Under the pieces are notes generated by a model, which searched no databases, was not told the DNA's origin, and saw nothing but the letters and a program-made list of their open reading frames with translations. 47,373 bases of DNA from a virus (lineage: Duplodnaviria > Caudoviricetes). The position numbers and the translations under genes are program-made. The first letter of the stretch is position 1, and each line of letters opens with the position of its first letter. Positions 46,798 through 47,373 of this stretch are shown here, in pieces. Location of the stretch: IMG/VR virus record IMGVR_UViG_3300025751_000034, positions 1-47,373 of that record, one strand, 5' to 3'.

Positions 46798-47373
46798 TTC
46801 CGAAAAGCTCATTAATTACATCTTGATTACCAGCAGAGCTAGTTCCCTCTAGCTCCCCCCGCAATCCTTGTCTTTGAGAAATCAACTTTGATTGCTCCAT
46901 AGCCTGCTTAGCTACACGCTCATCCTTACGGTCCTCCTTGAGTACCTCAATCTTTTCTCTGAACTCTTTCTCATCGGCCTTGAAACCTAGGCTAGATTCA
47001 GCCCTTATAATTTCAAGTTCCTTTCTCATGGCATGAAGGGCAGAAGCCACTTGGACTTCCACCTGACCTTTGAGTTGAATCTTTTGAGCTTCCAACTGAG
47101 CCTGCATCTGCATCTTTTGAGCTTCTATCTGCATAGCCTGTTGTTGCGCTTGAGCGTTAGCTTGAGCTTGCAGTTGAATGTTTTGCTGCTGTTGCGACTG
47201 AAGTTCTGAGAGTCTTCTCTTTCTTCTCACAGCAAGAAGTCTTTGAGCTTGGTCAATATCCTTTACCTGACGAACAGCCATAGCATCCTCAAGGTCTATC
47301 TCTTTTTGAGCGAGGGTGGCTTGTACGTTTTGCTCAAGGAATATTCTATCGTCATCAGACATTTCCTGCGTCA
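46790..47373 (-). CDS. Portal protein, C-terminal fragment (runs off the window)
   Basis: LEQNVQ..LAQKEIDLEDA, Gln-rich coil, KEDRKDER...QSKLI.QR. Confidence 0.7.
   Translation of the reverse strand, partial: TQEMSDDDRIFLEQNVQATLAQKEIDLEDAMAVRQVKDIDQAQRLLAVRRKRRLSELQSQQQQNIQLQAQANAQAQQQAMQIEAQKMQMQAQLEAQKIQLKGQVEVQVASALHAMRKELEIIRAESSLGFKADEKEFREKIEVLKEDRKDERVAKQAMEQSKLISQRQGLRGELEGTSSAGNQDVINELFGNG

Overview
The window is about 47 kb of a lytic, podovirus-type tailed phage genome, most likely infecting Bacteroidota. Host evidence: BT4734/VirE-N-type primase-helicase, TAnnTTTG promoters, AT-rich leaders without Shine-Dalgarno sites, and a crAss-like/Cellulophaga-phage-like structural module. 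The + strand (1-14.1 kb) carries an early region (ArdC-like antirestriction gene plus many small ORFs) punctuated by eight copies of an unusual bipartite promoter-like motif. This is followed by SSAP/RecE-like recombination genes, tRNA-Arg(TCT) with adjacent structured and tRNA-like RNAs, a minimal kinase-like ORF, primase-helicase, a T7-endonuclease-I-like resolvase and a class II ribonucleotide reductase. The - strand (47.4-14.1 kb) carries the late module: portal (partial), fibre/decoration proteins, an RCC1-like protein, scaffold, major capsid, tail ring and stabilisation proteins, three apparently Cys-free ejection proteins (including a 3313-aa polyvalent protein), a DUF5675-like endolysin, a holin and a secreted M43 protease with a dockerin-like tail. 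The best candidates for undescribed biology are (1) the early-gene regulatory system, CACAATAA-N14/15-CGTT with a fixed-position TTAACA tandem box; (2) non-canonical tRNA-mimic RNAs; and (3) a possibly self-processing ejected polyprotein with K-x-Q linkers. All protein calls come from motif recognition by eye; no searches were run.
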